Below are positions 38,112 through 48,848 of a DNA stretch of 61,490 bases, piece after piece. The position numbers and the translations under genes were made by a program. Source of the stretch: a virus (lineage: Duplodnaviria; Caudoviricetes); IMG/VR virus record IMGVR_UViG_3300035665_000036, positions 1 through 61,490 of that record. One strand, 5' to 3'. Within the stretch, counting starts at the first letter, position 1. Each line of letters starts with the position of its first letter. The notes under the pieces are model-generated. The model made no database searches, had not been told where the DNA came from, and worked only from the letters and a program-made list of their open reading frames with translations.

Positions 38112-39991
38112 TTAAGCATCAAACATTTCATCCCATTCTTCATCTATGATGCCCGACTTTATGAATTCCCGTTGAGCATCAGTTAGATTTGGCATTGCCT
38201 TTTGAATCAATTCACCATTGTACCAGCTATCAAGTTGTTCTTGAGTTACAGGCATTTCAAGTGTTCTTGTTTCTCCAGATATTTTAGAGGTTCTTGTTAT
38301 TAACATATTGAACCTTAATCTATGGAGTATTGGGCAATTTCTCCGTCATTGGAGAGTCTAATACTTTTTTCAATATTCAAACATGTGTTTGCAATTACGC
38401 GAGGAATGTACCAAATAGGTCCTCCTGCGTTATTTGTGATCATGCAGAATACTGCAAAATTTCCAGAAGCTGTGTACCGCGCTTCGTCAAATGTAGAAGC
38501 TACTTCTGTGATATCTAACCATTTGCTATTGGCTTCATCTTCCACCATTGTGAAAATTTGTTTCAGATCCTCTTCAGTTTCAACCAAAAAGAAATCACCA
38601 CCGTAAAGGCTTATGAAAGATTCGTCTGAAAGGTTCACTCCATCATCTTCGGTGGAATGTACCAAGTTATCGGCTTCCATCAACATTTCTTTTGGACAAC
38701 TTTCGTCCATTCTTATTTGCATTAAGTTTTTATACTGCTTCATTTTCTTTCTCCTTGAATTCATTTGCCAAACGCACTGTTGTATAACCATCGCGTGAAA
38801 GCTCATTTTCAATTAGCTCGTATTTTCCGATCTCTTTTAGATATTCAACTGCTTTCTCATAACCTTCGGGAGTATACTCAAACATCTTTGTGTTTCTCCT
38901 TTCTCATTGTTGTCAAATCATAATAAGCATTTTTCAATGTTACACCTTCAGGCACAAGCTCTTCACCGCCAACTTGCACCACCTTTGCCAGATTGAAACC
39001 AAACCTGTCGGGTATTTCCACGACGACAAGTTGATTTTTAACAGGTGTTTCTCCAAAGTATCTGTATGCGTATGCTCTAGCCCTTCCGGGTTCAAATACT
39101 ACTTTTACTATCATCTGTATTGACCTATAAAATCGCTCATACCCTCTTTTGATGGTATCGGCTCAAACATGTTTAAAGACCATGTTGTGTATTTGCCATC
39201 AGGAAATACAACAAAGCCATGTGTTGAGACTCTTTGGTGCCCTCCATCTTCTTTCGGAAAGATGCAGTCAATAGATCTTCTAACACTCAAGTTTTTACAA
39301 TCTCTTGCTGAATATGAAAATTGATAAAGGATACCGACTGTTTTATGTTTTTTATGTCTCACAAAACAACATTTATCCATAAGCTTATTGGTGAACTTTT
39401 TCAGAGTTGCCTCTGTACCCTTCATAGCTTCCTCACTGAAGCCTCTGTTATGTGCCCACTTCCTGTTGAAAGTTTTGAATCGAAGCTTGGCCATATACCT
39501 TTCAAGTGCAATTATATTCCCTTCATTTGCCAATTCAGCAATTGCACGACTTCTCTTAGTGGATTGCGCTGTTGTACTTGAAATTTTGTTCAAAGGTGTA
39601 TTCTTCATTTTATATCTCCTGTTTAACAAATTGGACCTCTTTCTTTGAAAGAGTAATTATCTACATCTCTAAACGCTTCTTCCCATGTTATAAATTTTGC
39701 ATCTCCATTTTCAAACAATGTTTTCAAACTGGGGTTACGTCCTTTTATATCATAATGCACTCCACCATACTCAACCCATACATGAGATATTTCGCAACTA
39801 CTTACAAGTCTGCTACCAGCGAATGCATACCATAGCACCAATGCAAAATTGGCGCAATTACCTTTTGAAAATATTTCAGCTGTAATTTGACTAGTACCTC
39901 CTTCTTCACTGCCTCTTATAAGACGTATCATTTTGTCGATTGTGACTAACCTGTGCCATTCGTCTTCTGTACATTTACTTGCGGGTTTCAT
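38112..39991 (-). CDS. Cluster of hypothetical proteins (38112-38306, 38315-38812, 38878-39114, 39111-39629, 39623-39991)
   Basis: Packed ORFs on the coding strand with no recognised motifs. Confidence 0.55.
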
Positions 39992-40000
39992 TATTAACTC

Positions 40001-43000
40001 CTATGCAAAACAATATTCTGAGTCTAAAATTAAATTTAAGTCGAGCGTACCTATTTCTACATTACTAATATCTCCTTGTATATCATCCATAAGACTATTG
40101 AGAGGATCATTTGCATATAACTCCACAAATGTCTCTCTCACCAATTTAAACAGCTTCGGCATATCAGCTAACAAACATCCAAATGAATCATGTATGGTTG
40201 TCATTGGAAAATCAGCTCTGTATACCGTCAATGCCAAGTGTGCTGCATCCAAGCTGTGAATACAATTTGGACTCGCCCCTTGAGCTTGCTTACCTTTTGA
40301 TGGCACATGATCTTCAATGAAACACACTGCCAGTTGAAGCGTATTTTCAAAGTAACCTGAGCTGTTTCTTAAACCCAATGGCGGTCCATATTGCACCCAG
40401 ATTTTCTTCACTTTTCCCTCTGTATAGTGTTGTACCACAGGAAAATTGGTTATTGGAACAGTCCAAGAAAGAAATCTTTCTTCTGCTTCCGCCTTTTTGC
40501 CTGCTTCTTCAAATACAGTTAAGAGCTGCATAGGGCGTTCCAAGGCCGCTTTGCAAGTCTCCAGCACCATTCTGCCCATATAAGAACCCCACTTATGTTC
40601 CATAAATAGTAGAAGATCTATACCATGTTTTCTTGCATCATCAATTTGTTGTTGACCAAGCCCATATGCAGTTCCGCCATACGGCAACGTCATTACATTT
40701 CTTTTGACAACTTTTCTACGTTGTTTTACGTCTTTAACTCTGCACCAATATATAGGTGCAATTTTAGGTATTATATCTATGTTTTTGTCTCTAAATTCAC
40801 GAATACGCTCTAAAAGTTCTTTTCTTTGTTCACTTTTAAATTCAGCATTGTAAATATCCTTTTTCAATTGTATTAATGTATCTATTACAGTTTCGGCTTC
40901 TCCAATTTCTTTTTTGGTGAATTTTGATTTTTCAATTTCCAGCTTATCCCACACATAATCTGCAACATATTTATATAGATCTCCAGGCAACTCAAGAGGT
41001 ACTAAATTAACGTGCGGTGCAGTTATTTCATCTTTTGTAAGTGCAGATAAATGTTGACTACCGTTGTTCGACAATATCTTCGATAGTGGTCGTTATGCAC
41101 TATCCGCTTGGCGGCTAAATATGTGTCCAACTCTTGCCTACTCGTATTGAGTAAATACAACCACAAGAAACTCCAAAAAGCTTGCCTATTTCAGTATTTG
41201 AATAGCCATTTTTTATGAGTTTTTTTATTTCAATTACATCATCATTGGTCAGTTTTACAGCCTTTCCTGCCTTTCTGTTTTCACCGATACTGTGTAAACC
41301 TGTTTTAAAAGCATGCCTGTGATTGTCACCAACCGACATCCATTCTAAATTAGAAACCTCGTTGTTGGTTTTTATACCGTCAATATGATTAACTGTCTCT
41401 AATTTATCGGGATTTTCTAAAAATGCTTCCGCAACAAGTCTGTGTACTTTTCTTGTCAGTGCCTTACCTTTTACGTGAAGTGTCACCAACTCATAGCCAT
41501 AGCGATCAAGCCTTGTTCTCATTATCAAATTTCTTTTATTGCTTATAACTATTCCATCATAAGTGATAGAATACTCTCCGTTTGTATTTTCTATTTCTTT
41601 TATCATTTTAATTACCTTGTTTAAATAAAAATCAGCCGCCAAGCTGCTGCAAATTACTCTGCAGATGAGACTATATCTTGCATAATAAATATGCCCCTGT
41701 GTTTCGAGCCACTCGGCCCTACATAATAGTCGTTACACCTAAGAACGTCTGAGGACGTTATTTTGGCTCGGTATTGTCCTTTGCAGGAGTTTCACCGAAT
41801 TTACAGGATTTAACGACGGCTCTTACAAACCGTCAACAAAGCACTCTAAACTTGAAGAATACCCAAAATCATTGAATGGATCTAGATGGAATCCATGCTT
41901 TATTTGCCACTCTCTCAATTTTTTAAGCTCATTACATGCCGCAAGGAATTGCCAAGGTTTATCTGCTTTCATCCAGCCTTGATTCACCTTGGGTTGCATT
42001 GCGTAATCAAGTAATATGTCTTCATTATCTGTGGACCATAAATACCTGTCCTTGAGTGGAATCTTATCCGTTTTTGCCCCGTCTTCTCTTCCAGATGCTC
42101 CTGCCCAATTTGAAGCAATACTGACCATAAGCCAAAAGAAACCCTCCTTTCCAATCTCCTTTTTGTCTTCTCTCAGCAAAAGACCTTTTGCTAAGTCAGT
42201 ACCTTGTTCATGAAAATAAGCTGTTGCTGGATATCTTCTACCACGGAAGTCATAATAATAACGCATTTGTTCAGAAAATTTCGCTAATATTTTCTCGTTA
42301 ATTAACATGTGACCAATTTCTTCCTGTTCGTATACAGTTAATTGTGCCAGGATGCACACCGAATAATAATGCAATTTCTTTATTGGAAAAACCTGCAGAG
42401 AACATTGCTTTTATATCTCTCACGGACTCTTCATTTAATTTAGAATTTATTGCCGTGGTACCCTTCACCATCAATCCCAGATCTTTTGCATGTCTGACAT
42501 TTTCTAGTTGTGTGCACCATTCTAAATTATCAATATTATTATTCTTTTTGTTTGCATCTAAGTGATTTACTTTTGGCAATTTAAGCGGATTTGGTATAAA
42601 AACTAATGCCACTAATCTGTGAACCATTTCTTTCTTACTTTTACCGTTATAACTCAGTGGCACTTGTAAATAACCTAGACCATTGTCATTTTGTTTCAAG
42701 ATACGTCCGGCTTTTATATATTCCCCGCCAAAAGTACTTTTGACAATCCTATCTTTACTCTTTACATTGCCATAAGAAGAAACTTCATAATACTCATCAA
42801 AATCTTTCCAGATTTCCATAATAATCTCCGACTATTTTAAGTTAATTAACAGCTGTATATTACTATACAGTTCAGACTATATCATCTTGGCATCCGCCAA
42901 GCTCCGCGCTTCCACTAAGCTATTAGTGTACTCTACTAAGATTAACAAACATCCGTCTGTTCTTTTCGATAGTCGTTGCACCTTTTGAAGGCTCAGGATT

Positions 43001-43795
43001 GTCCTAAGGATGTTTCCTGAATTCACGGAGTTTACTACCACCGAAATATTAATGGTAGAAAGTTTTCCCAATGAACCTTTTCGCAATATTTCCGATGGCT
43101 TTTGCTTCTCTCAGCTTAGTGGCTTTTGCTTCAGGATTTTGAGAATCCCATATATCAGAAAATGCTTCTGTTTTATTTCGAAGCGCCCAACTGTACATGT
43201 GAAACACGTCATTGTTAACACGCCAACCCATTGCTTGAGATCTATTTATGCACTCAAATATGATCGGGTGTGTTTCTGGAGTGACTTTTGACATCACTTC
43301 CTTGCTACCTGTCTTAATCATAACAACACCGGATTCATGCCTCAAATTTGTCCAAGGCGCATACGGTGTTAATGACGGTAATTTTTCCACGGCATTTACT
43401 TCGACTTTCTCCCACAATTCGCATATGATTTCATCATTTAGCACTTGAATGATGTACGCTGCATGTTTGCCATTTGACTTGCCCAAGAGTACTGTGAGCA
43501 CTTCAAGCTCTTCAAATGAGTAAAGTAAGAATGCCCCTGTCTTTGCAGCCAAGGAAGAGTCTTTTTTCATCTTGTATTTGCTTCTGACTCCATGTCCAAT
43601 TGCAGAAATAACTTCGGTTAGATAAATGGTGTTCTTTTTTGAACCCTTTTTTGACCTTGTATATAGATAGACGATTGATACAAGAACATCGAAGTAGTCT
43701 TCCACTTCAAGCTCCTTCAAGTATTTCAAAGGATTTTGATTTGATATTTCATTTGCCAATCTGGATTTCAATGATGATATTAATATTTGTCTCAT
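40001..43795 (-). CDS. T7-family single-subunit RNA polymerase (RNAP2); exons 43795-43052, 42263-41829 and 41071-40001, 749 aa spliced
   Basis: Spliced motifs FYH^RYYYDFRGRRY...EQGTDLAKGLL and motif A FVDG^SNNGSQH. Also KPWQFLAAC, motif B RKVVKRNVMTLPYG, PNCIHSLDA and motif C TIHDSFG. Confidence 0.93.
41072..41828 (-). mobile_element. Group I intron 2 of RNAP2, inserted in motif A
   Basis: Exon GACGGU pairs with IGS GCCGUC (U.G). Core elements AAATTCGGTGAAA..GACAATACCGAGCC, GTAACGACTA and AAGATATAGTCT are present, with a terminal G at 41072. Confidence 0.92.
41115..41606 (-). CDS. Intron-encoded HNH homing endonuclease with a C-terminal HTH-like domain
   Basis: VHRLVAEAF...VNHIDGIKTNN.VSNLEW...N. 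An AAGGT RBS precedes ATG 41606. Confidence 0.92.
   Translation of the reverse strand: MIKEIENTNGEYSITYDGIVISNKRNLIMRTRLDRYGYELVTLHVKGKALTRKVHRLVAEAFLENPDKLETVNHIDGIKTNNEVSNLEWMSVGDNHRHAFKTGLHSIGENRKAGKAVKLTNDDVIEIKKLIKNGYSNTEIGKLFGVSCGCIYSIRVGKSWTHI
42264..43051 (-). mobile_element. Group I intron 1 of RNAP2
   Basis: Exon CUACCAU pairs with IGS GUGGUAG (U.G), and a P10 pairing UAAUA/UAUUA is possible. Core elements GAATTCAGGAAA..GACAATCCTGAGCC, GTGCAACGACTA and GATATAGTCTG are present, with a terminal G at 42264. Confidence 0.92.
42298..42819 (-). CDS. Intron-encoded NUMOD4-HNH homing endonuclease
   Basis: EIWKD...YEVSSYGNVKS (NUMOD4) and VHRLVA..F...VNHLDANKKNN..NLEW. Confidence 0.93.
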   Translation of the reverse strand: MEIWKDFDEYYEVSSYGNVKSKDRIVKSTFGGEYIKAGRILKQNDNGLGYLQVPLSYNGKSKKEMVHRLVALVFIPNPLKLPKVNHLDANKKNNNIDNLEWCTQLENVRHAKDLGLMVKGTTAINSKLNEESVRDIKAMFSAGFSNKEIALLFGVHPGTINCIRTGRNWSHVN

Positions 43796-44036
43796 AATGA
43801 ACTAACCATTTTCAGTATTATTAATAAACATGCAAAAATTACAAATATCGCCAGAAATTTTATCATAATTGCAAGCATTGCAATTAATAAAATCATCTTA
43901 GTAATTGCGATATTGTTTCTTTTTGTCATGTCAGCCTCTTTGGTTTTAAATTAAATTCTCATATAGTATAATTCCCGTATTTTTAGTTTGTTTGATTTTA
44001 AATCTCAACGGATCAAGGTAGTTTGCACAGAGCAGT

Positions 44037-44090
44037 AAAAAAAAAAAAAAAAAAAAAAAAAAGTAAGCGCATGGGGCCCCGAAGGGCCCC
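44037..44090 (-). terminator. Terminator-like element: UUCG hairpin and a 26-nt U tract
   Basis: Minus strand reads GGGGCCC-TTCG-GGGCCCC, a 10-nt spacer, then T26. Confidence 0.7.
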
Positions 44091-44096
44091 AAAAAT

Positions 44097-45028
44097 TTAA
44101 TTTTCTCTCTTATAAAACACAATATTAACAACAAAACTAAATACAAAAAGTATTTTAATTATTATTACATATTCTGCAAATATAACTATAGTACTCCCTA
44201 GCCTTGGAAAGAGCATTACCATCAAGCCTATTACGCAGCCACATACAATTAGACTTTTTGCCAATGCATCAGCAATACGATTCATTGCTCTTCTCCCGAT
44301 AGTCTACTGTTAATTAATTCTTTTTCAAGAAAATCAATATAGTCTAAATATTGAGAATTCTCCTTTTCAACTGCTTTAATTTTCTTTTTATTCTTGACGT
44401 GAATTGCATACGCTGCTCCGATAACACCGCCAAGAATCATACCAGCACCGCCAGGTGTTGCCGCAAAAAGAAGTGCTTTTGTCATCCCAGCACCAAGTGC
44501 GGATGATTTCAAACCTTCTACTATAACTGTACTCATTTCTCACCTCCATTTGCTTTGTCTCGCTCTTTTTGATAAAAAGCCCAACCTACGCTAACCAGGC
44601 TCACTACTACAAGAACTACACCAGCTGGTGTAGTTGCCATTAATACAGCTCTTGTTGCTATGACCGCTATTGCTGATGACGTCAACATATCTTTGTGCAT
44701 TTGTTTCATTGTATTAACCCCAAATTGTTTCGATCGTAAATAAAATAATTACGAACCACTGAATTGCAATTGTGATTCTTTGTGTTTTGATGATTTCCAA
44801 AGGTCTGTTTTCAACCTCAAGCTTTTCTTCAACCATTCTTCGAAATGCATTGTCGCGCATTTCTCTTTCTTTTGCAAGTCTTTTTTGCTGAAAACTTTTT
44901 ACGTCATTCATAACTGCGCTCATGTCAATCTCCTTAAGCAAACAATTCAAGTTCAACAATTTTGACGCTGTCAAATGTCCAACCCATTTTAGCCAAAATT
45001 TCTGACTGCATAATTTCTTCCTGTTCAC
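44097..45028 (-). CDS. Cluster of small early membrane proteins (44097-44285, 44282-44536, an unlisted ORF ending near 44533, and 44714 to about 44923-45028)
   Basis: Each has a hydrophobic segment. Two share an A(A/T)TP(G/A)G motif. Confidence 0.55.
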
Positions 45029-45126
45029 TCATTGCGATCACTTCCATAGTTTCGCCATTTTGATTTTTGTAAATGTGATAATATTGTTTCATTTTCTTTC
45101 CTCTAAAAAATTATAGTTATTGATGT

Positions 45127-45153
45127 TATCATATAAGATACCATATTTTCCGC
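45127..45153 (-). promoter_or_regulatory. Class A (early) promoter-like motif, copy 1
   Basis: GCGGAAAATATGGTATCTTATATGATA, intergenic. Three copies fit GCGnAAAnTnnnGTATCTTATATGATA. Confidence 0.75.
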
Positions 45154-45154
45154 A

Positions 45155-45457
45155 TCAAATTCCACGTGAATCTATGATGACTTGCTGTTTTCTTTTACGT
45201 ATTTTGCGTGTGTATGTCACTGTGTTTGCTCCAGGGACATTTTCAGTGACTAAATGTACAGGTTCGACAGATCTGTTTACATACCCATTTTCCATTTGCA
45301 TTTTATTTGCAACCAACTCAGTTTGAATACTTTTCAATCTATTACTTATAACGCCGTTTGCTGCCACTACATTTTTTCTATCCATACTACCATCTAAAAG
45401 ACCTTGTAAAAGTGCTTCTAAAACTGCATCTATATCTTTTGTTGTTTTTAAACTCAT
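45155..45457 (-). CDS. Hypothetical protein
   Basis: ORF track with a GGAG RBS. Confidence 0.6.
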   Translation of the reverse strand: MSLKTTKDIDAVLEALLQGLLDGSMDRKNVVAANGVISNRLKSIQTELVANKMQMENGYVNRSVEPVHLVTENVPGANTVTYTRKIRKRKQQVIIDSRGI

Positions 45458-45468
45458 TATACTTCTCC

Positions 45469-46164
45469 TTATTTAACTTCTCTTAATGCTCTTTGTAATC
45501 TCAAATTAGTGCGGTACATATTTATCCAATCTTTTGTAATACTTTTTCTTCTTAATCCTATTCTCTTAAATAGACGCAATTCTACAATTCTCTTACTCAC
45601 ATATTCGTCTGTTAATGTATCTCTTGCTTTTTCATAATGATTTTTACTATTTTTTGCTTGCCTCTCCATATCTTTTTCTTTGAAATCAATATTACTGGCT
45701 CGTTTATTTTTTCTAGCTTGCCAAGCATTTCTTGCATGTGCTTTTACTTTTTCAGGGTTATTGAGACGCCATTCTTTTTGGCATGATTTACAAATATTTG
45801 AAATATTAAACGACATACCAGGTGCTTTTGAAAAACATTTTATAGGTAATTCTTCATTACACTTTATACATGTCATCATTTTGGGAAGTTCTGAATATTC
45901 CACTTGTTTGCGTCGTTCATATCTCTCCTTTAAATATACTTTCATTTTTTCTTTATATTCAGGAGTCTCTCTTACATCATAATATTTTTTAGCATTTTCT
46001 CTTTTTTGCTGTTTCTTTTCTTCAGTGAGTGTTTGATAGCCATATCTTTCCTTACGGCATATTTTGCACATATAGTCAAACCCATCTTTACTTCGTTTGT
46101 TTTTTGTAAAATAAACTACTTCTTTCTCTTTATTACATGTACTGCATATTTTTGTTTCACACAT
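45469..46164 (-). CDS. Basic protein with two Cys4 zinc-ribbon repeats
   Basis: CSTC...F.KN..SKDG...CKIC and CIKC...F.K....CKSC. No nuclease motif seen. Confidence 0.7.
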   Translation of the reverse strand: MCETKICSTCNKEKEVVYFTKNKRSKDGFDYMCKICRKERYGYQTLTEEKKQQKRENAKKYYDVRETPEYKEKMKVYLKERYERRKQVEYSELPKMMTCIKCNEELPIKCFSKAPGMSFNISNICKSCQKEWRLNNPEKVKAHARNAWQARKNKRASNIDFKEKDMERQAKNSKNHYEKARDTLTDEYVSKRIVELRLFKRIGLRRKSITKDWINMYRTNLRLQRALREVK

Positions 46165-46193
46165 AATCTTTTCCTTTCAATTATAGTTATATT

Positions 46194-46220
46194 GAGCAGT
46201 TTAAAGACATACTCAGGTCT
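46194..46220 (-). ncRNA. Candidate H-type pseudoknot RNA element (copy 2)
   Basis: AGAC-CUGAGUAU-GUCU-UUAAAC-UGCUC, about 30 nt upstream of ATG 46164. Confidence 0.5.
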
Positions 46221-46330
46221 ATTACTATCTTTGTGGCCAATTGTTTGGATACACAGTCCACCCTCTTTTGTGCATCTCTGTTGCAACAAAAGGTGAGTTG
46301 GTGTATGTGACCAAATTGGCCTTTCTTAAT

Positions 46331-46996
46331 CTATACTTGCTCATTTACTTTACCCCTCAATTTTGCCAATTTTGCCATCCTTTCATTATACTTTTCAGTC
46401 AATCTTCTCTCCTCACGAACAATTAACTCAAGATTACGTTGTTTTGCCAAGGCCAGTAACTCCTCTTTATTGTTGGATATTTCACAGCAAAACATATTAG
46501 TTGTTTGAAGGTAGTACGGATGATCAAGACCTTGGCGGTAACCATCATCACATAGGTCATAAAGAAAATCTTCCAAGTCATCTTCCATCATTTCAAAACC
46601 CTCCTTTAATTACGATTGCAGGTTTACTCATTTGATCACCCTTGCGTGATATTTGAAATACTTATCTATCATGCAATCTTTTCCAAAAAGTTCCCTAAAA
46701 AGCACTGCTTCAGGACATTCGCAATGATGTGAAGAATTCATCGGAATAGTGAACTTAAATCCGATTACATCTTTGTAATCGTACCAAGCAGCTTTTATAG
46801 AGAACTTACCCTTGACACTTTTGCGACAACGCCTTTCTGAAATAATCATTACCTTTTGCGTATTAGCGAAATCAACAAAACCTCTAATTCTTTCGACAAT
46901 ATGTACAAGAATCAAGGCTTCCGCAGGATTTTTATTTATATTACCAAGAAGCTGTGTAGCTTCTTCTGTAAGTTCAATTGTGTATTCTATTTTCAT
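46331..46996 (-). CDS. Two hypothetical proteins (46331-46591, 46628-46996)
   Basis: ORF track with GGAGG RBSs. Confidence 0.55.
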
Positions 46997-47229
46997 TTTA
47001 AAAGTCCTCCTTTAATTGTCAATGCAGGTTTATGGTATTGAATATTCCCGAACTTATCCGCTTGGTATGTCTTACCGTGTTTAATCACTAGGTGTGGTTT
47101 ATTGTATTCCACATTACCAAACTTATCTGTCTGGTAAAGTTTCATTGTTGGTTGTTGCGCTTTGGCCTCCGGATTGAAAGCCACGATTGCTGAAACAACG
47201 GTTAAGGTTATTAAGATTTTTTTGAACAT
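46993..47229 (-). CDS. Small exported protein with two YQ.DK(F/Y)GN..Y.KP repeats
   Basis: Signal peptide ending in AKA. Paralog of 47923..48153. Confidence 0.75.
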   Translation of the reverse strand: MFKKILITLTVVSAIVAFNPEAKAQQPTMKLYQTDKFGNVEYNKPHLVIKHGKTYQADKFGNIQYHKPALTIKGGLLK

Positions 47230-47311
47230 TTTACTTCTCCTTTTTGATTTCTTGACATCTGCATAATATTATGAACGTGTCGCACAGTTCACATTTAGTT
47301 ATTTTCTCTTT

Positions 47312-47338
47312 TATCATATAAGATACTCAATTTTCCGC
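47312..47338 (-). promoter_or_regulatory. Class A (early) promoter-like motif, copy 2
   Basis: GCGGAAAATTGAGTATCTTATATGATA. Confidence 0.75.
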
Positions 47339-47557
47339 GTTTTCCTTCACCACAAACATTACATTCTCGTTATCATGACGCTCATACTCTTTACACAATA
47401 CACGTTCACAAATTTGAAATGATTTAATAAAGACACACCCAGTACAGGAACCATCAGAATTCCCGGCAACCTCTATGATCTCCCATGTGATATCATTCAT
47501 TTTCTTCGACCTCTCTGTATTTGTATATGACGTTTCTACCGTCGGTTCTTTCATCAT
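47327..47557 (-). CDS. Small Cys-rich protein (CTGCVF...C...C)
   Basis: ORF track. Resembles the repeat unit of 27047..27805. Confidence 0.5.
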   Translation of the reverse strand: MMKEPTVETSYTNTERSKKMNDITWEIIEVAGNSDGSCTGCVFIKSFQICERVLCKEYERHDNENVMFVVKENAEN

Positions 47558-47652
47558 CTGTGCATTTCATGATCCTGCACATCACTGGTTGGTTCAGAAA
47601 TATACAACCATCACAGCCAAGTTTATCAGTTTCAACTTCGATTATTTCTCTT

Positions 47653-47910
47653 TCACACATTTTCAATCTCCATTAAAGATTCTTTCCAATCTCCATTAAA
47701 CACACAATCGCCTAGATACTCCATGCAAGGTGTTGCTGATTGCCAGCATCCGTCAGATATCCAGGGTTCGTCTTGATAAACATACACACTACCGTCTTCG
47801 TCAGTCGCAATATACTGATTGGTTGACAATACCTGAAGAGATGTCCCGAAATACTCAATGGTATTGAGTACTAAATCACTTAGATTGAACTTGGTTATTT
47901 CGAATGTCAT
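47653..47910 (-). CDS. IATDEDG...GDWKESL family protein (paralog 1)
   Basis: Shares motifs with the 48225-48410 region and 48815-49069. Confidence 0.7.
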   Translation of the reverse strand: MTFEITKFNLSDLVLNTIEYFGTSLQVLSTNQYIATDEDGSVYVYQDEPWISDGCWQSATPCMEYLGDCVFNGDWKESLMEIENV

Positions 47911-47922
47911 GATTGGCCTCTG

Positions 47923-48153
47923 TTATCTGCGCTTGATGGAATAATGCGGTCTGTGGTATAAGATGTTGCCATATTTATCTGCTTGATACACTCTGTCACC
48001 TCTTAATTTTAAACTCGGTTTGTGGTACAAAATATTCCCATATTTATCCCTTTGGTATACTGTGTTGGGATCATCAGGCATTCTGTGATGCTTATAACCA
48101 CAACCTTGCAACAACAACAATACTGCAATGAAAAATAACGTATTAACTTTCAT
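47923..48153 (-). CDS. Small lipoprotein with two YQ.DKYGNILYH(K/R)P repeats
   Basis: Lipobox LLQGC after a hydrophobic core. Confidence 0.75.
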   Translation of the reverse strand: MKVNTLFFIAVLLLLQGCGYKHHRMPDDPNTVYQRDKYGNILYHKPSLKLRGDRVYQADKYGNILYHRPHYSIKRR

Positions 48154-48410
48154 TTTTAATCTCCATCAAAGACTCTTTCCAGTCACCATCAAAAGTGGCA
48201 TTTCCCAAACAATTGACATCAGGTTCAACACAACCCCGCCCCCCAATCCGTGACACCTAACCAGGGCTTATATGAGTAGGCATAGACATAACCATCTTCG
48301 TCTGTTGCAATCCAGTGGTGTTCACCCGATATTTGTAGAATTATCCCAAAATAATTGACAGATCGGAAAAGTTGTTGCTCTGCATCAAAATTGATTATCT
48401 TAAAGGTCAT
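48143..48410 (-). pseudogene. IATDEDG family paralog 2, frameshifted in a G run near 48233-48244
   Basis: The shifted frame continues GCVEPDVNCLGNATFDGDWKESLMEIKNES. Confidence 0.65.
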
Positions 48411-48848
48411 TTATTTCTCCTTTGTGAAACTTAATAAAGCGGCTCTGTGTTCTAACATAGCCTCTTTTGTTAAATGTATTAACCCATTACCTAAGAAACG
48501 ACAATCCATACTGCTGCCGTTCCATATATACGAGAAAACACCTTCTACAGGATTAACGAGATCCACAAAATAGTATCGCTCTCCGATTGATAAAGTTTCT
48601 TTCACTGGAACTGGTACATCATGCCCATTTATTTGGATGAATTCTGATTTTAATACCCAGAAATTGCCATGCAGAGGTCCGTTGTAATTATATATATCAC
48701 CATCCATATCTTTACATTGTAGCGTACCGTTCTTCAAGCTTAACTCTCCACGATTACCCATGATAAATGTACGTCCAGCCAATAAAGCTTCCATCACTTC
48801 TTTTTGGTTCATTTTTAGTCCTCCAATATCATTAGTGAGTCTCTCCAA
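48411..48848 (-). CDS. Hypothetical protein (IQINGHDVPVP...GLIHLTKEA..EH..ALL domain)
   Basis: ORF track. The true start is probably MNQKEV. Confidence 0.65.
   Translation of the reverse strand: MERLTNDIGGLKMNQKEVMEALLAGRTFIMGNRGELSLKNGTLQCKDMDGDIYNYNGPLHGNFWVLKSEFIQINGHDVPVPVKETLSIGERYYFVDLVNPVEGVFSYIWNGSSMDCRFLGNGLIHLTKEAMLEHRAALLSFTKEK

Noticed and set aside
41823-43086. ORF-track N-terminal extension of 41823..42374 and ORF 42877..43086
   Set aside because: These are read-throughs of intron RNA or overlap the HNH gene. The real exon 2 starts at 42263.
40001-43795. N4-like two-subunit RNAP or a pseudogenised RNAP
   Set aside because: The gaps contain complete group I intron signatures, and precise splicing restores conserved motifs in frame.
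17069-48244. Programmed frameshifting or phase variation at broken ORFs (about 17078, 17206, 20853 and 48240)
   Set aside because: All are single-base indels in short homopolymers, without a canonical slippery heptamer plus stimulator. Long-read error or decay is more parsimonious. Raw reads would decide.
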